Positions 43,494 to 57,010 of a stretch of DNA of 64,000 nt are shown here, piece after piece. The translations under genes were made by a program, and so were the position numbers. How positions within the stretch are numbered: the first letter of the stretch is position 1; each line of letters starts with the position of its first letter. The stretch is from NCBI GenBank assembly GCA_963816355.1, contig CAWFKH010000003.1, forward strand, positions 224,001 through 288,000, written 5' to 3'. The notes beneath the pieces were generated by a model. The model was not told where the DNA came from and searched no databases. It saw only the letters and a list, made by a program, of their open reading frames with translations. The stretch comes from an uncultured Gemmatimonadales bacterium (GTDB taxonomy: Bacteria; Gemmatimonadota; Gemmatimonadetes; Longimicrobiales; RSA9).

Positions 43494-45050
43494 CTACTCC
43501 GCCATCACCGGCGCGCCTTCCTCCATGTGACCCGCGCGCAGCAGGAGCACGAGCGGGATCGCGACGACGAAGAGGAGCGTCACCAGCGCGAAGACGTGGT
43601 TGTAGGCGAGGACCGTGGCCTGGCGGAGGACGTTGAAGCGGAGCAGAGCGAGCGCCCGCTTCATCGCCGTCGCCGGGTCGGAGCCGGCGGCGATCATGGC
43701 GCCGCTCACGCGCTGCAGCCAGGCGCGCGTCGCGAAGTCGTAGGCCGTGACGTGATCGCCCAGGATCTGTGAGTAGCGCGAGACGCCGGACGCGAGCTGC
43801 GTCGCCGAGACCGCGATGCCGACGCTGCCGAACACCTGCCGCACGACGTTGTAGAGGCCGGACGCCTCGGTCATCTTCGGGCGCGCGATGGTGGCGAGCG
43901 CGGCGGTGCTGAGCGCGACGAAGATGAGGCTGAAGCCGACGCCCTGCCACACCTGGGGCCAGAAGATGTCCCAGAAGCCCATGTCCGGACTGAGGTGGGC
44001 GAGCTCCCAGAAGGAGAACGCGCTGACGAGCAGGCCGGTGCCGACCAGGACGCGGGGGCCGAGGCGGTTGTAGAAGCGGCCGCCGATCGGCATGATCACC
44101 GCCATCGCGAGGCTGCGCGGCATCAGCGCGAGGCCGGACTTGAGGGCCGGATAGCCGAGCTGGTTCTGCAGGAAGAGCGGCAGCAGGAAGAGGCTGCCGT
44201 ACAGTCCCATCCCCAGCACGCCGCCCAGCGCCGTGGCGGAGCTGAACGAGGAGTTCTTCAGGATCCGCAGGTCGACCGCCGGCCGGTCCACGCGCAGCTC
44301 CCTCCAGACGAAGAGGACGAAGCCGAGCAGCGCGACGACCGCCAGGTTCGTGATGAAGGAGGAAGAGAACCAGTCGTTGCGCTCGCCCTGCTCGAGCATG
44401 AGCTGGAGCGCGCCGAGGCCGACGGTCATGAGGCCGAGGCCGAGCCAGTCGATGCGCCCCTTCTCGCGCAGCAGGTAGTGCGGATCCCGGATGAAGCGCT
44501 GCACCAGCATCAGGTTCAGCACGCCGACCGGGACGTTGATGTAGAAGATCCACGGCCACGCGTAGCGGTCGGTCAGCCAGCCGCCCAGCGTCGGCCCGAT
44601 CGCCGGCGCCAGCACCACGCCCATCCCGTAGATCCCCATCGCGAGACCCTGCTCCTCGGCGGGGAACGTCTCGCGCAGGATCGCCTGCGGCACCGTGATG
44701 ATCACGCCGCCGCCGAGTCCCTGCAGGATGCGGAAGACGACCATCGTCGGCAGCGAGCGCGCCAGGCCGCACGCCATCGACGCGAGCGTGAACAGGGCGA
44801 CGCTGGCCATGAACAGCCGCTTGCGGCCGAAGCGGGCGCTGAGCAGGCCCACGATCGGCATCACGATGACGTTGGCGAGGATGTAGGCGGTGACGACCCA
44901 GGTGATCTCCTCGACCGTCGCGCCCAGCGTGCCGCGCATGTTCGGCAGCGCCACGTTGACGATGCTCGAGTCGAGCACGGCCATGACCGTGCCGGTCAGG
45001 ACCGTCCCCGCCACCACCCATTTGTTCGTTCCGGTGGGCTCCGAAGTCAT
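43494..45050 (-). CDS. DHA2 (EmrB/QacA) MFS efflux permease
   Basis: LDSSIVNVALP, FRILQGLGGG, WIFYINVPVG. Confidence 0.9.
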   Translation of the reverse strand: MTSEPTGTNKWVVAGTVLTGTVMAVLDSSIVNVALPNMRGTLGATVEEITWVVTAYILANVIVMPIVGLLSARFGRKRLFMASVALFTLASMACGLARSLPTMVVFRILQGLGGGVIITVPQAILRETFPAEEQGLAMGIYGMGVVLAPAIGPTLGGWLTDRYAWPWIFYINVPVGVLNLMLVQRFIRDPHYLLREKGRIDWLGLGLMTVGLGALQLMLEQGERNDWFSSSFITNLAVVALLGFVLFVWRELRVDRPAVDLRILKNSSFSSATALGGVLGMGLYGSLFLLPLFLQNQLGYPALKSGLALMPRSLAMAVIMPIGGRFYNRLGPRVLVGTGLLVSAFSFWELAHLSPDMGFWDIFWPQVWQGVGFSLIFVALSTAALATIARPKMTEASGLYNVVRQVFGSVGIAVSATQLASGVSRYSQILGDHVTAYDFATRAWLQRVSGAMIAAGSDPATAMKRALALLRFNVLRQATVLAYNHVFALVTLLFVVAIPLVLLLRAGHMEEGAPVMAE

Positions 45051-45352
45051 CTATCGGGCGTCGTCGTTGATTTCTCGTGCCGACTGCGGCGCTCGCATGA
45101 TCGGACGGGAAACCCCGCGAACGCCGCGAGGATCCCGCCCCTTCAACGGAAGGTACGCGACCCCACGAGGGTCACGCGACCCGGCCGCACGCAGCGCGCG
45201 TCGGCCGCGCCGGCTGCCGCCACCTTCGGGCTGCCGGCCGTCGGAGGCCTTTTCCCCACACGGATTCCGGGTCCTCCCGACGAACCTCCGCCCGTCGCGG
45301 CGCCATCTTCTCCTTCCGGGTCCCGTGCGAGATCGTCAGGAGGAGGTGTGCC

Positions 45353-45844
45353 ATGTCGTCGCCCGAGAAGGGATTTTCGCTGAACCTGACGCTGCGCGAA
45401 GGGTTCGAGTTCGACGTCGATTTCGAGATGCCGGCGGTCGAGGACCTGCTCGTGGACGAGCCGCCGCCGCTCGGCGAGGGGAACGGCCCCAACGCGGCGC
45501 GCCTGGTGGGCGCGGCGGTCGGCAACTGCCTCGGCGCGAGCCTCCTCTTCTGCCTGCGCCGCTCGAAGATCCAGGTGGAGCATCTCGAAGTGAAGGTGCA
45601 GGGCACGCTCGTCCGCAACGAGAGCGGCCGCCTCCGCATCGGCGGCATCGACGTCCGCCTCGAGCCGACCGTGAGCCTCGAGGACCGCCACCGCATGCAG
45701 CGCTGCCTCGACGTCTTCGAGGACTACTGCATCGTCACCGAGAGCGTGCGCGGCGGCATCGACGTCAACGTCGACGTCGCACCCTCGACCTCGCCCTCCG
45801 AGCTCGTCGTCGTCGAGGACCTGACGGAAGCGTTCGTCGACTGA
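45353..45844 (+). CDS. OsmC family protein
   Basis: DEPPPLGEG.GPN...GNC...YCIVTESVR. Confidence 0.85.
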   Translation: MSSPEKGFSLNLTLREGFEFDVDFEMPAVEDLLVDEPPPLGEGNGPNAARLVGAAVGNCLGASLLFCLRRSKIQVEHLEVKVQGTLVRNESGRLRIGGIDVRLEPTVSLEDRHRMQRCLDVFEDYCIVTESVRGGIDVNVDVAPSTSPSELVVVEDLTEAFVD

Positions 45845-45942
45845 CGCAGGACGCCGGCGGGGACAAGGGCCTTGCGGCGCGCCGCCGCTCGGGGAATACG
45901 TTGTGCCGTTCCCCGGCTCCCTCGTCCCCGACCGGTCCCGTC

Positions 45943-47391
45943 ATGGCCCATCCGATCCGGCTCTCCGGCGCCGTCCGCGCGTTCCGCGTCCGCGCGCCCG
46001 TCCGCGCGTTCGCGCTCGCCTTCGCGCTCGCCCTCTCCGCCCTCGCGCCGGCCGCCGCGCCCGCGCCGCTCGCCGCGCAGAACGCCGATCCGGCGGCTGC
46101 GCACTCCGACACGGCGGTGCAGCGCGCGCCTGCGGCCGCCGCGCAGGACGCCGCCGCGCAGGACGCCGCCGCACGGGGATCCGGCGGCGCCGTCGTCGCC
46201 GACACGGCGGCCGGCGCCGTCCCGGTACCGGCGGCGTCGGCGAAGGCGATGCGCTACTACCGCAGCGGCAACGTGCTGTGGGCACTCGGCCTGCTGTGGG
46301 GCTTCGCGGTGCCGGCGTTCCTGCTCTTCTCCGGGCTGTCGGCGCGCGTGCGGGACGTGGCGTGGCGGATCGGCCGGCGCTGGTACCTGGCGCTCGTCGT
46401 ATACCTCGCGATCGTCACCGTGCTCTGGTGGCTGCTCGACCTGCCGCTGAGCTTCTACTCGAGCTTCGTCCACGAGCACGCGTTCGGGCTGTCGAATCAG
46501 ACGTTCGGGAAGTGGCTGCGCGACAGCGGCACCTCGCTCGCGGTGAGCGTGGTCGGCGCGGCGCTCGTGATGTGGATCCCGTACCTGCTGATCCGCAGGA
46601 GCCCGCGCCGCTGGTGGCTGTGGAGCGCCGCGGCGGTGCCGCCGTTCGTGATCGTGGCGTCGCTCGTCTACCCGATCTGGATCGCGCCGCTCTTCAACCA
46701 CTTCGGCCGCATGCAGGACCGCGCGCTCGAGACGCGCATCCTCGCGCTCGCGCACCGCGCCGGCATCGACGCCCAGCGCGTCTACGAGGTGAACAAGAGC
46801 GTCGACACGAACGCCGTGAACGCGTACGTCACGGGCTTCGGCGGCACCAAGCGCATCGTGCTGTGGGACACCCTGCTGCGGAAGCTGGACGACCGCGAGG
46901 TGCTCACCGTCATGGCGCACGAGATGGGGCACTACGTGCTGCACCACGTCGTGTGGTCGATCCTGCTCACCTCCCTGCTCGCGTTCCTGGCGCTGTTCGC
47001 CGTCCACCGCGCCGCCACGTGGGCGATCCGCCGCTTCGGACGACGCTTCCGCTTCGACGACCTCGGCGACTTCGCGTCCTACCCGCTGCTCGCGCTCACC
47101 CTCAGCCTCGTCGCGCTCCTCGCCTCGCCGCTGCTGCTCGCGCACACCCGCCACCAGGAGCACGAGGCCGACCGCTTCGCGCTCGAGATCACGCACGACA
47201 ACCGCGCGCTCGCGACCGCCTTCGTCAAGCTCCAGACGACGAACCTCGCCAACCCGGATCCGGGGCCGCTCTACACGTTCTGGCGCGCCTCCCACCCGTC
47301 GATCGCCGAACGCATCCGCTTCGCCAACGCCTACCACCCCTGGACGAGCGGCGAGCCCCTGCGCTACGGGGGGCGCTTCGCGCCGAGATAG
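45943..47391 (+). CDS. M48 (Ste24-like) membrane metallopeptidase
   Basis: NAYVTGFG.TKRIVLWDTL, HEMGH, EHEADRF, SHP...RI. Confidence 0.9.
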   Translation: MAHPIRLSGAVRAFRVRAPVRAFALAFALALSALAPAAAPAPLAAQNADPAAAHSDTAVQRAPAAAAQDAAAQDAAARGSGGAVVADTAAGAVPVPAASAKAMRYYRSGNVLWALGLLWGFAVPAFLLFSGLSARVRDVAWRIGRRWYLALVVYLAIVTVLWWLLDLPLSFYSSFVHEHAFGLSNQTFGKWLRDSGTSLAVSVVGAALVMWIPYLLIRRSPRRWWLWSAAAVPPFVIVASLVYPIWIAPLFNHFGRMQDRALETRILALAHRAGIDAQRVYEVNKSVDTNAVNAYVTGFGGTKRIVLWDTLLRKLDDREVLTVMAHEMGHYVLHHVVWSILLTSLLAFLALFAVHRAATWAIRRFGRRFRFDDLGDFASYPLLALTLSLVALLASPLLLAHTRHQEHEADRFALEITHDNRALATAFVKLQTTNLANPDPGPLYTFWRASHPSIAERIRFANAYHPWTSGEPLRYGGRFAPR

Positions 47392-47503
47392 CGGAGGAGG
47401 CTGGAGAGCGCGGAGGGACGGCCTGGCACGGAGGGGTCGGAGGGTCGGACGGCACGGAGGGAGCTGTTGTTTCTGGCTCATCGCTGTTCTGTGTGGGTCG
47501 AGC

Positions 47504-47719
47504 CGGCGCGGGGGACGTCAAAGCGCCCCCTCGCCGGACCGATCCCGGCGTGGGGCACACTGGACGGCGCGGAGAGCGGTCAACTCCGCCCCTCGCCCGA
47601 AGCCGCACCCTCGCGGGGCCATTGCGGCCGCGCCTCGCGCGGTCCGATCTGCCCCGGACCGGAAATGGCGGCCGGCGGGGTGAGTTGACGGCGATTACGG
47701 ACCGCGCGGAGCGGCCGTC
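47504..47719 (-). repeat. ~215-bp dispersed repeat, copy B
   Basis: Inverted near-copy of 18630-18846. Confidence 0.9.
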
Positions 47720-48164
47720 CGGAAGACGCAGGCGCGCTGGACCAGGCCGGTGCGGGGCCGCGCGGCTGCGCGCTGCCACCCGTCCCTGGTCTTCCGGGAG
47801 AGTTGGCGCATTCGCGGGGATGTGCTGCAGACGTTGACCGGCAGACGTCCTCGCGGTGTCCGGGTCGGGTGACACCGTGACGAAACCGGCATTCACGCAG
47901 AATTCCATACGCTCCCCCGGCGCGCCGCGGCGCCCCGGCCGAAGCTCCGCCGCGACCCGAGAAGAAATCCGTTCTCCGCGCCCTCCGACCCTCCGACTGT
48001 TCTCCGTGACAAGCCGTCCCTCCGCGATCTCCACCCCCTCCGCTCTCTCGCCTCATTTGTCTTTCAACTCCCCGCCGCTATTTTTCGAGCGAGCCCCGGC
48101 TTCTCCCGGCGATCCGCCGGCAGCGTGTGGCGGGTCCGGTCCAGCGTCTTCATCCGGTAGTCCA

Positions 48165-49208
48165 GTGAGCGGCAGATCCGAGATCACCACACCCGACGTC
48201 GTGGGCGAGGAGAGCGCGGTCGAGCTTTCGCTGCGGCCGCAGCGGCTGGTCGAGTTCATCGGCCAGGCGAAGGTGAAGGAGGCGCTGCAGATCGCGATCG
48301 AGGCGGCGCTCGCCCGCCGCGAGCCGCTCGACCACACGCTCTTCCATGGACCGCCCGGCCTCGGCAAGACCACGCTCGCGATGCTGATGGCGCGCGAGCT
48401 GGGGGTGAACATCAAGACGACGTCCGGCCCCGTGCTCGAGAAGCCGGGCGACCTCGTCGCGATCCTCACGAACCTGCGCGAGGGCGACCTCCTCTTCATC
48501 GACGAGATCCACCGCCTGCGGCCCGTCATCGAGGAGTTCCTCTACCCCGCGATGGAGGACTACCGCATCGACATCCGCCTCTCCGACGGGCCGAAGGCGC
48601 AGACCGTCACGGTGCCGGTCGAGCGCTTCACCCTCGTCGGGGCGACGACGCGCTTCGGCCTCCTGACGCCGCCCATGCGCGCCCGCTTCGGCATCGTCCA
48701 GCGCCTCAACTTCTACGGCACCGAGGACCTGATCGAGATCGTCCACCGCAGCGCCGACATCCTGCACGTCGGCTGCAGCGACGAGGGCGCGCTCGAGGTC
48801 GCGCGCCGCGCGCGCGGAACGCCGCGCGTCGCCAACCGGCTGCTGCGCCGCGTTCGCGACTACGCCCAGGTGCGGGCCGACGGCGCCATCGACCGCGCCG
48901 TCGCCGACGACGCGCTGCAGATGCTCGACGTCGACCAGTACGGCCTCGACGAGATGGACGGCCGCATCGTGCGCGCGATCATCGAGCACTTCGACGGCGG
49001 CCCCGTCGGCCTCAACACGCTCGCCGTCGCGGTCGGCGAGGATTCCGGCACCCTCGAGGAGGTGTACGAGCCGTTCCTCATCCAGAACGGCTTCCTCATG
49101 CGCACGCCCCGCGGCCGCGTCGCCACCAGCAAGGCCTACCGCCACTTCGGCTTCAGCCTGCCCGCCGAGCGCCAGGCCGGCGGCCAGCCGACGCTCTTCG
49201 AGGCGTAG
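48165..49208 (+). CDS. ruvB: Holliday junction DNA helicase RuvB
   Basis: [36 protein letters not shown]. Confidence 0.95.
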   Translation: MSGRSEITTPDVVGEESAVELSLRPQRLVEFIGQAKVKEALQIAIEAALARREPLDHTLFHGPPGLGKTTLAMLMARELGVNIKTTSGPVLEKPGDLVAILTNLREGDLLFIDEIHRLRPVIEEFLYPAMEDYRIDIRLSDGPKAQTVTVPVERFTLVGATTRFGLLTPPMRARFGIVQRLNFYGTEDLIEIVHRSADILHVGCSDEGALEVARRARGTPRVANRLLRRVRDYAQVRADGAIDRAVADDALQMLDVDQYGLDEMDGRIVRAIIEHFDGGPVGLNTLAVAVGEDSGTLEEVYEPFLIQNGFLMRTPRGRVATSKAYRHFGFSLPAERQAGGQPTLFEA

Positions 49209-49209
49209 C

Positions 49210-49683
49210 GTGGCCGACGTCGTCTCGCTCTCCGTCGCGGACTTCCGCCTCCTCGACGCCCGCTGCCGCGAGCACGGCAACTCCCACCTGCGCATGGCCG
49301 CCGCGCTCGCCGAGGCGGACGCCGGCGCCACGCTCGAGCGGCTGCGCGCGCTCCGCCGCATGGAGCGCCGCTTCCGCGTCGACCTCGGCCACCTGTGCGC
49401 CAGCATGGCCCGCCGCGACGAGCCGTCCACCCACCCGATCGAGCGCTGGGTGCTGGGCTACGTCGCCGAGTGGCGTGACGTCGTCCCGAGCGGGACCGGC
49501 GCCACCCAGGACGGGCGCGCCGCCGAGGATGGCCGCGACGCCGCCGAGGACGGCCGCGACGCCCCCGAGGACGGCCGCGACGCCGCCGAGGATGGCGGGC
49601 CGCAGCGGCGCCTCTGGATCACGCTCGACCGCCTGCGCGAAGTGCGGCGCTGGATCGAAGCGGGCCGGATGGTGGAGAGTTAG
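49210..49683 (+). CDS. Hypothetical protein with 21-nt repeats (EDGRDAA)
   Basis: ORF starts right after the ruvB stop. Confidence 0.6.
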   Translation: MADVVSLSVADFRLLDARCREHGNSHLRMAAALAEADAGATLERLRALRRMERRFRVDLGHLCASMARRDEPSTHPIERWVLGYVAEWRDVVPSGTGATQDGRAAEDGRDAAEDGRDAPEDGRDAAEDGGPQRRLWITLDRLREVRRWIEAGRMVES

Positions 49684-49747
49684 ACCGGGGGGCCCGCCTC
49701 TGGCGAGGGGCCTCGCGTTGACTTCGGGGTGCCCCTACCTTCCGCGC

Positions 49748-52185
<2,438 letters not shown>

Positions 52186-52193
52186 GAGGTTCG

Positions 52194-52532
52194 ATGCTCG
52201 ACACGATAGCGCTCGCCGCGCTGCAGGGGACCGCCGCCCGCGGCGGCTCCGGCATCTTCGCGCTCGTGCTGCAGTTCGGCGCGATCATCGCCATCTTCTG
52301 GTTCCTGCTGATCCGCCCGCAGCGCAAGCAGCAGCAGAAGCACCGGGAGATGCTCGCCGCCCTCAAGCGCGGCGACGAGGTGATGACCGAGGGCGGCGTG
52401 CTCGGCGAGGTGATCCACATCGCCGAGGACCGCGTGACGCTCAAGACGGCGGAGAACACGCGCCTGCTCGTCGCCCGGCCGAAGATCCAGCGGATCTTCA
52501 CGGCGCAGGCCGCGGAGTCGACGAAGGAGTGA
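52194..52532 (+). CDS. yajC: Preprotein translocase subunit YajC
   Basis: FWFLLIRPQRK...LKRGDEV.T.GG; SD AGGAGG. Confidence 0.9.
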   Translation: MLDTIALAALQGTAARGGSGIFALVLQFGAIIAIFWFLLIRPQRKQQQKHREMLAALKRGDEVMTEGGVLGEVIHIAEDRVTLKTAENTRLLVARPKIQRIFTAQAAESTKE

Positions 52533-52534
52533 AG

Positions 52535-53041
52535 ATGGTGCACGAGATCCGCCTGATGGGCGATCCCGTCCTGCGCAGGAAGGCGGAGCCGGCGGGCGCC
52601 GTGGACGACGCCGTGCGCCGCCTCATCGACGACCTCTTCCAGACGATGTACGACGCCGACGGCGTGGGCCTCGCGGCGCCGCAGGTGGGCGAGGCGCGGC
52701 GCGTGCTCGTCGTCGACGTGCGCGACCCGGAAGCGCCGCCGCTCGCGCTCGTCGATCCGGAGATCGTGGACGTCGACGAGGCGCTCGAAAAAGGCGAGGA
52801 GGGGTGCCTCAGCATCCCCGGCATCCGCGACATCGTCGAGCGGCCCGCCGCCTGCACGGTGCGCGCGCTGAATCGCGACGGCGAGGCGGTCGAGGTGCGC
52901 GCCGGCGGTCTGCTGGCGCGCGCGCTGCAGCACGAGATCGACCACCTGGACGGCGTCCTCTTCCTCGACCGGCTGAGCCCGCTGAAGCGGCGCATGCTGC
53001 TGAAGAAGTGGCAGAAGATCAAGCCGGCGCGGGCGCCGTAG
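52535..53041 (+). CDS. def: Peptide deformylase
   Basis: GVGLAAPQ, EGCLS, QHEIDHLDG. Confidence 0.95.
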   Translation: MVHEIRLMGDPVLRRKAEPAGAVDDAVRRLIDDLFQTMYDADGVGLAAPQVGEARRVLVVDVRDPEAPPLALVDPEIVDVDEALEKGEEGCLSIPGIRDIVERPAACTVRALNRDGEAVEVRAGGLLARALQHEIDHLDGVLFLDRLSPLKRRMLLKKWQKIKPARAP

Positions 53042-53048
53042 GGGCCGC

Positions 53049-53990
53049 GTGAGGATCCTCTTCTGGGGTACGCCCGCCTTCGCGCTGCCGGCGCTGCGCG
53101 CGCTCTCCGGCGAGGGCCACGACGTGGTCGGCGTCGTCACGCAGCCGGACCGCCCCGCCGGCCGCGGCCGCCGGCTGCGCGCCTCGCCGGTGAAGGAGTG
53201 GGCGCTCGCGGAAGAGCTGCCGGTGCTGCAGCCGGAGAAGCCCGCGGGCGAGGACTTCCTCGAGCGGCTGCGCGAGCTGGCGCCGGACCTCTCCGTCGTC
53301 GTCGCCTACGGCCGCATCCTGCGCGCCGACGTGCTCGATCTGCCGCCCCGCGGCTCGATCAACGTGCACGCGTCCCTGCTCCCGGAGCTGCGCGGCGCCG
53401 CCCCGATCCAGTGGGCGATCATCCGCGGCCTCGAGCGGACCGGCGTCACCATCATGCGCATGAACGAGCGCATGGACGCGGGCGCGATCCTGCTGCAGGC
53501 GGAGGAGCCGATCGGCGACGACGAGACCGCCTCCGAGCTCGCCGGCCGCCTCGCCGAGATCGGCGCGGAGGCGCTCGTCGGCGCGCTCGCGCTGCTCGAG
53601 ATGGACGAGCTGCCGTCGCGCGAGCAGGACCACACGCGCGCCACCTACGCGCCGCGCATCCTGCGCGCCAATGCACGCATCGACTGGTCCCGCCCCGCCC
53701 TCGAGGTGTCGCGCCTCGTGCGCGGCCTCGACGGCGCGCCCGGCGCGTGGACCACGCTCGCCGGCGTCGAGATGAAGCTCTTCCGGCCCCGCGGCCTGCT
53801 CGAGTCCGCGCACGACGAGTCGCCCGGCACCGTGCTCGTGGCCGGCGCCGAGCCGGAGGAGGGGCTGCTCGTCGCGTGCGGCGTCGACGCCGTCTGGCTG
53901 CGCGAGGTGCAGCCCGCGGGGCGCCGTCGCATGCGCGTCGGCGACTGGATCCGCGGCCGCGGCGTCGCCGAAGGGGACCGCTTCGAGTGA
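53049..53990 (+). CDS. fmt: Methionyl-tRNA formyltransferase
   Basis: GTPAFA, TQPDRP.GRG, INVHASLLP..RGAAPI. Confidence 0.95.
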   Translation: MRILFWGTPAFALPALRALSGEGHDVVGVVTQPDRPAGRGRRLRASPVKEWALAEELPVLQPEKPAGEDFLERLRELAPDLSVVVAYGRILRADVLDLPPRGSINVHASLLPELRGAAPIQWAIIRGLERTGVTIMRMNERMDAGAILLQAEEPIGDDETASELAGRLAEIGAEALVGALALLEMDELPSREQDHTRATYAPRILRANARIDWSRPALEVSRLVRGLDGAPGAWTTLAGVEMKLFRPRGLLESAHDESPGTVLVAGAEPEEGLLVACGVDAVWLREVQPAGRRRMRVGDWIRGRGVAEGDRFE

Positions 53991-54632
53991 GCGCGGCGGC
54001 GCCGTCCCGGCTGCACGTCGTCACCGACGATGCGACGCTGGCGGCGCCGGAGTTCGTCGCGCGGGCGAGGGACGTCGCGGAAGCGTGCGGCGGGAGCGCT
54101 CGCGCTGCACGTGCGCGGCCACGCGACGGCGGGACGGCGGCTGTGGGAGGTCGCGCGCGCGCTCGTCGACGCCGGCGCCGCCGTCGTCGTCAACGACCGC
54201 GTCGACGTCGCCCTCGCGACGGGGGCCCGGGGCGTCCAGCTCGGGCGGCGCTCGCTCGCGCTCGGCGACGTGCGGCGCCTCGTCGGCGCGGCGTGGGTCG
54301 GCTACTCCGCGCACGCCGCGCACGAGGTGGCCGATGCCGCCGCCCGCGGCGCGGACTGGGTGTTCCTCGGCCCGGTCTGGGCGACCGCGTCGCATCCCGG
54401 CGCGGCGCCGGCCGGACTCGGTGCGCTGCGCGCCGCGGCCGGCGGCGGGGCCGTCGCCGGGATCGGCGCGCTGCCGGTCGTCGCGATCGGCGGCGTCACC
54501 CCCGGCCGCGTGGCGGACGCGCTCGCGGCGGGCGCCCACGGCGTGGCGGTGCTCTCCGGCGTGTGGGGCGCCGCGGACCCCGCGGCGGCGGCGGCGGCGT
54601 ACGCGGCGGCGTTGCAGGCGGCGTTCGCGTGA
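53987..54632 (+). CDS. thiE: Thiamine-phosphate synthase / TenI family, frameshift near 54093
   Basis: RLHVVTD in one frame; VNDRVDVA, SAH, GPVW.T.SHP, AIGGV in the next. Confidence 0.8.
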
Positions 54633-54660
54633 GGGCCGGTGAATCGGCGAAGGTGAGGCG

Positions 54661-54879
54661 ATGGAGACGGCGGAGACGATCGAGGTGGTGCTGAACGGCG
54701 AGCGGCGTCGCGTGCCCGCGGGAATGGACGTGGGCGGGCTGCTCGCGCGGCTCGGGCTCGACCGGCGGCTGATCGTGGTCGAGCACAACCGTGAGATCCT
54801 GGACCGCGGCCGCCTCGACGGCGTGGCGGTGCGGGAAGGCGACGTGATCGAGCTCGTCCACTTCGTGGGCGGGGGATGA
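54661..54879 (+). CDS. thiS: Sulfur carrier protein ThiS
   Basis: LNGE...VEHN...GD.IELVHFVGGG. Confidence 0.95.
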   Translation: METAETIEVVLNGERRRVPAGMDVGGLLARLGLDRRLIVVEHNREILDRGRLDGVAVREGDVIELVHFVGGG

Positions 54880-54897
54880 ACGAGTGAAGGAGGGGTG

Positions 54898-55701
54898 ATG
54901 GAAATGGCTACGGCGGTGCCGGCCGCGGCCCTCGAGGGGCCGCTCACGATCGCGGGTCGCGAGTTCCGCTCGCGGCTGATCGTGGGTACGGGGAAGTACC
55001 GGGACAACGAGACGATGGTGGGCGCGATCGAGGCGTCCGGCGCGGAGATCGTGACGGTCGCGGTGCGGCGCGTCGACCTGGATCGCTCGAAGGAGGAGGG
55101 GATCCTCCACCACCTCGACGCGCAGCGGCTTACGCTGCTGCCGAACACGGCGGGGTGCTACACGGCGGAGGACGCGCTGCGCTACGCGCGGCTCGCGCGC
55201 GCCGCGGGCTTCGGCGACCTGCTGAAGCTCGAGGTGATCGGCGACGAGCGCACGCTGCTCCCGGACGTGCAAGCGACGCTCGCGGCGGCGGCGGAGCTGG
55301 TCGCCGACGGCTTCAGCGTGATGGCGTACACGAACGAGGACGTCGTCACCGCGCTGCGCCTCGAGGACGCCGGCTGCGCGGCGGTGATGCCGCTGGCGAG
55401 CCCGATCGGCAGCGGGCTCGGCCTCGTCAATCCGTACTACGTGCGCGAGATCAAGACGCGCCTCGAGGTGCCGGTGATCGTCGACGCGGGCGTCGGTACC
55501 GCCTCGGACGCGGCGGTCACGATGGAGCAGGGGGTGGACGGCCTGCTGATGAACACGGCGATCGCCGCCGCGGACGACCCCGTGACGATGGCGCGCGCGA
55601 TGCGGCTGGCGACGGAGGCGGGCCGCCTCGCGTTCCTCGCCGGCCGCATGCCGCGCCGCGAGGTAGCGGTGCCGTCGTCGCCCACGAAGGGTATGCTTTA
55701 G
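54898..55701 (+). CDS. thiG: Thiazole synthase
   Basis: [37 protein letters not shown]. Confidence 0.95.
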   Translation: MEMATAVPAAALEGPLTIAGREFRSRLIVGTGKYRDNETMVGAIEASGAEIVTVAVRRVDLDRSKEEGILHHLDAQRLTLLPNTAGCYTAEDALRYARLARAAGFGDLLKLEVIGDERTLLPDVQATLAAAAELVADGFSVMAYTNEDVVTALRLEDAGCAAVMPLASPIGSGLGLVNPYYVREIKTRLEVPVIVDAGVGTASDAAVTMEQGVDGLLMNTAIAAADDPVTMARAMRLATEAGRLAFLAGRMPRREVAVPSSPTKGML

Positions 55702-55721
55702 CGCGCGGCGCGGCGACGGCC

Positions 55722-57005
55722 GTGAAGACCACGCCCGCGCGCCGCCTGGCGCTCGCCGCGCTGCGCGCGCTCCGGCGCGGGGACCTGCTGGATCGCGCGG
55801 CCGCCGTGGCGCTGGGCGACGCCGCGCCGCGCGACCGCCCCTGGCTGCACGAGCTGCTCTTCGGTACCGTTCGGTTGCGCGGGCGGCTCGACTGGCTGCT
55901 GGACCGCGTCGTGCGACGCGGCGTCGCGAACGTCGAGGCGGACCTCCTCGACGTCCTGCGGCTCGGCGCCTACCAGCTCCTGGAGATGGGCGGCGTGCCG
56001 GCATACGCCGCGATCTCGCAGTCCGTCGAGCTGGCGCGGGAGAGCGTCGGCGCGCGCGCGGCGGGCTTCGTGAACGGGGTGCTGAACGCCCTCGAGCGCG
56101 GGCGCGGGACGTTCGTCTTTCCGGCGTTCGAGGAGGACCCGGTCGCGCACCTCGCCACGTGGGGATCGCACCCGCGCTGGCTGGTCGAGCGCTGGATCGG
56201 GCGCTGGGGCGCGGAGGAGGCGCGGCGGCTGGTCGAGCTGGACAACCGGCGGCCCGAGACGTGCCTGCGCCTGGTCGGCGTGGACCGCGCGAGCGCGCTC
56301 GCCCGCCTCGCCGACGTCGGCATCCAGGCGACGCCGATCGAGGGGCTGCCCCACGCGCTGCGGCTCGAGCCCGCCGCCGACCCGCGGCGCGCCCTCGCCG
56401 CGGTGCCGGCGATCGTGCAGGACCCGGCGGCGATGCGCGTCGCCGCGCACGCCGCCTTCGCGGCGGAGGGCCCCGTCGCGGACCTGTGCGCCGCGCCCGG
56501 CGGCAAGGCGGTCGCGCTCGCGGCGGAGGCGCCGCGCCTGGTGGTCGCGCTCGACGCGTCGCCGCTCCGCATGCAGCGCGTCGCGGAGAACGCGCGGCGG
56601 CTCGGCGGCGCGATCGCCGGCCGCATCGCGCCGGTGATCGCCGACGCACGCGCGATCCCGCTCGCGCCGACGCGCGCGGTGCTGGTCGACGCGCCGTGCA
56701 CCGGGACCGGCACGCTGCGGCGGCACCCGGACGGCAAGTGGAGGCTCGCGCCGGCGGACCTCGCGTCGCTCGTCTCGCTGCAGCGCGAGATCCTCGACGC
56801 GGCGGCGGAGCGGGTGGCGCCCGGCGGCGTGCTGGTGTACGCCACCTGCTCGCTCGAGCCGGAGGAGAACGAACGACAGGTGGAGGCGTTCCTGCAACGC
56901 CACGAGGCGTTCCGTGCGGCCGACGACGCGCCGCTGGTCGTGACGCCTCAGGGATTCGGCTTCGATGGAGCGTTCGCCGCGCGCTTGCGGCGAAGCGACG
57001 ACTGA
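55722..57005 (+). CDS. rsmB: 16S rRNA m5C967 methyltransferase
   Basis: NusB-like N-terminus, DLCAAPGGK, DAPCTGTG, YATCS...EN. Confidence 0.9.
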   Translation: MKTTPARRLALAALRALRRGDLLDRAAAVALGDAAPRDRPWLHELLFGTVRLRGRLDWLLDRVVRRGVANVEADLLDVLRLGAYQLLEMGGVPAYAAISQSVELARESVGARAAGFVNGVLNALERGRGTFVFPAFEEDPVAHLATWGSHPRWLVERWIGRWGAEEARRLVELDNRRPETCLRLVGVDRASALARLADVGIQATPIEGLPHALRLEPAADPRRALAAVPAIVQDPAAMRVAAHAAFAAEGPVADLCAAPGGKAVALAAEAPRLVVALDASPLRMQRVAENARRLGGAIAGRIAPVIADARAIPLAPTRAVLVDAPCTGTGTLRRHPDGKWRLAPADLASLVSLQREILDAAAERVAPGGVLVYATCSLEPEENERQVEAFLQRHEAFRAADDAPLVVTPQGFGFDGAFAARLRRSDD

Positions 57006-57010
57006 CGAGA

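Noticed and set aside
53900..54660. TPP riboswitch for the thi genes
   Set aside because: Genes are translationally coupled to fmt with no intergenic space or THI motif
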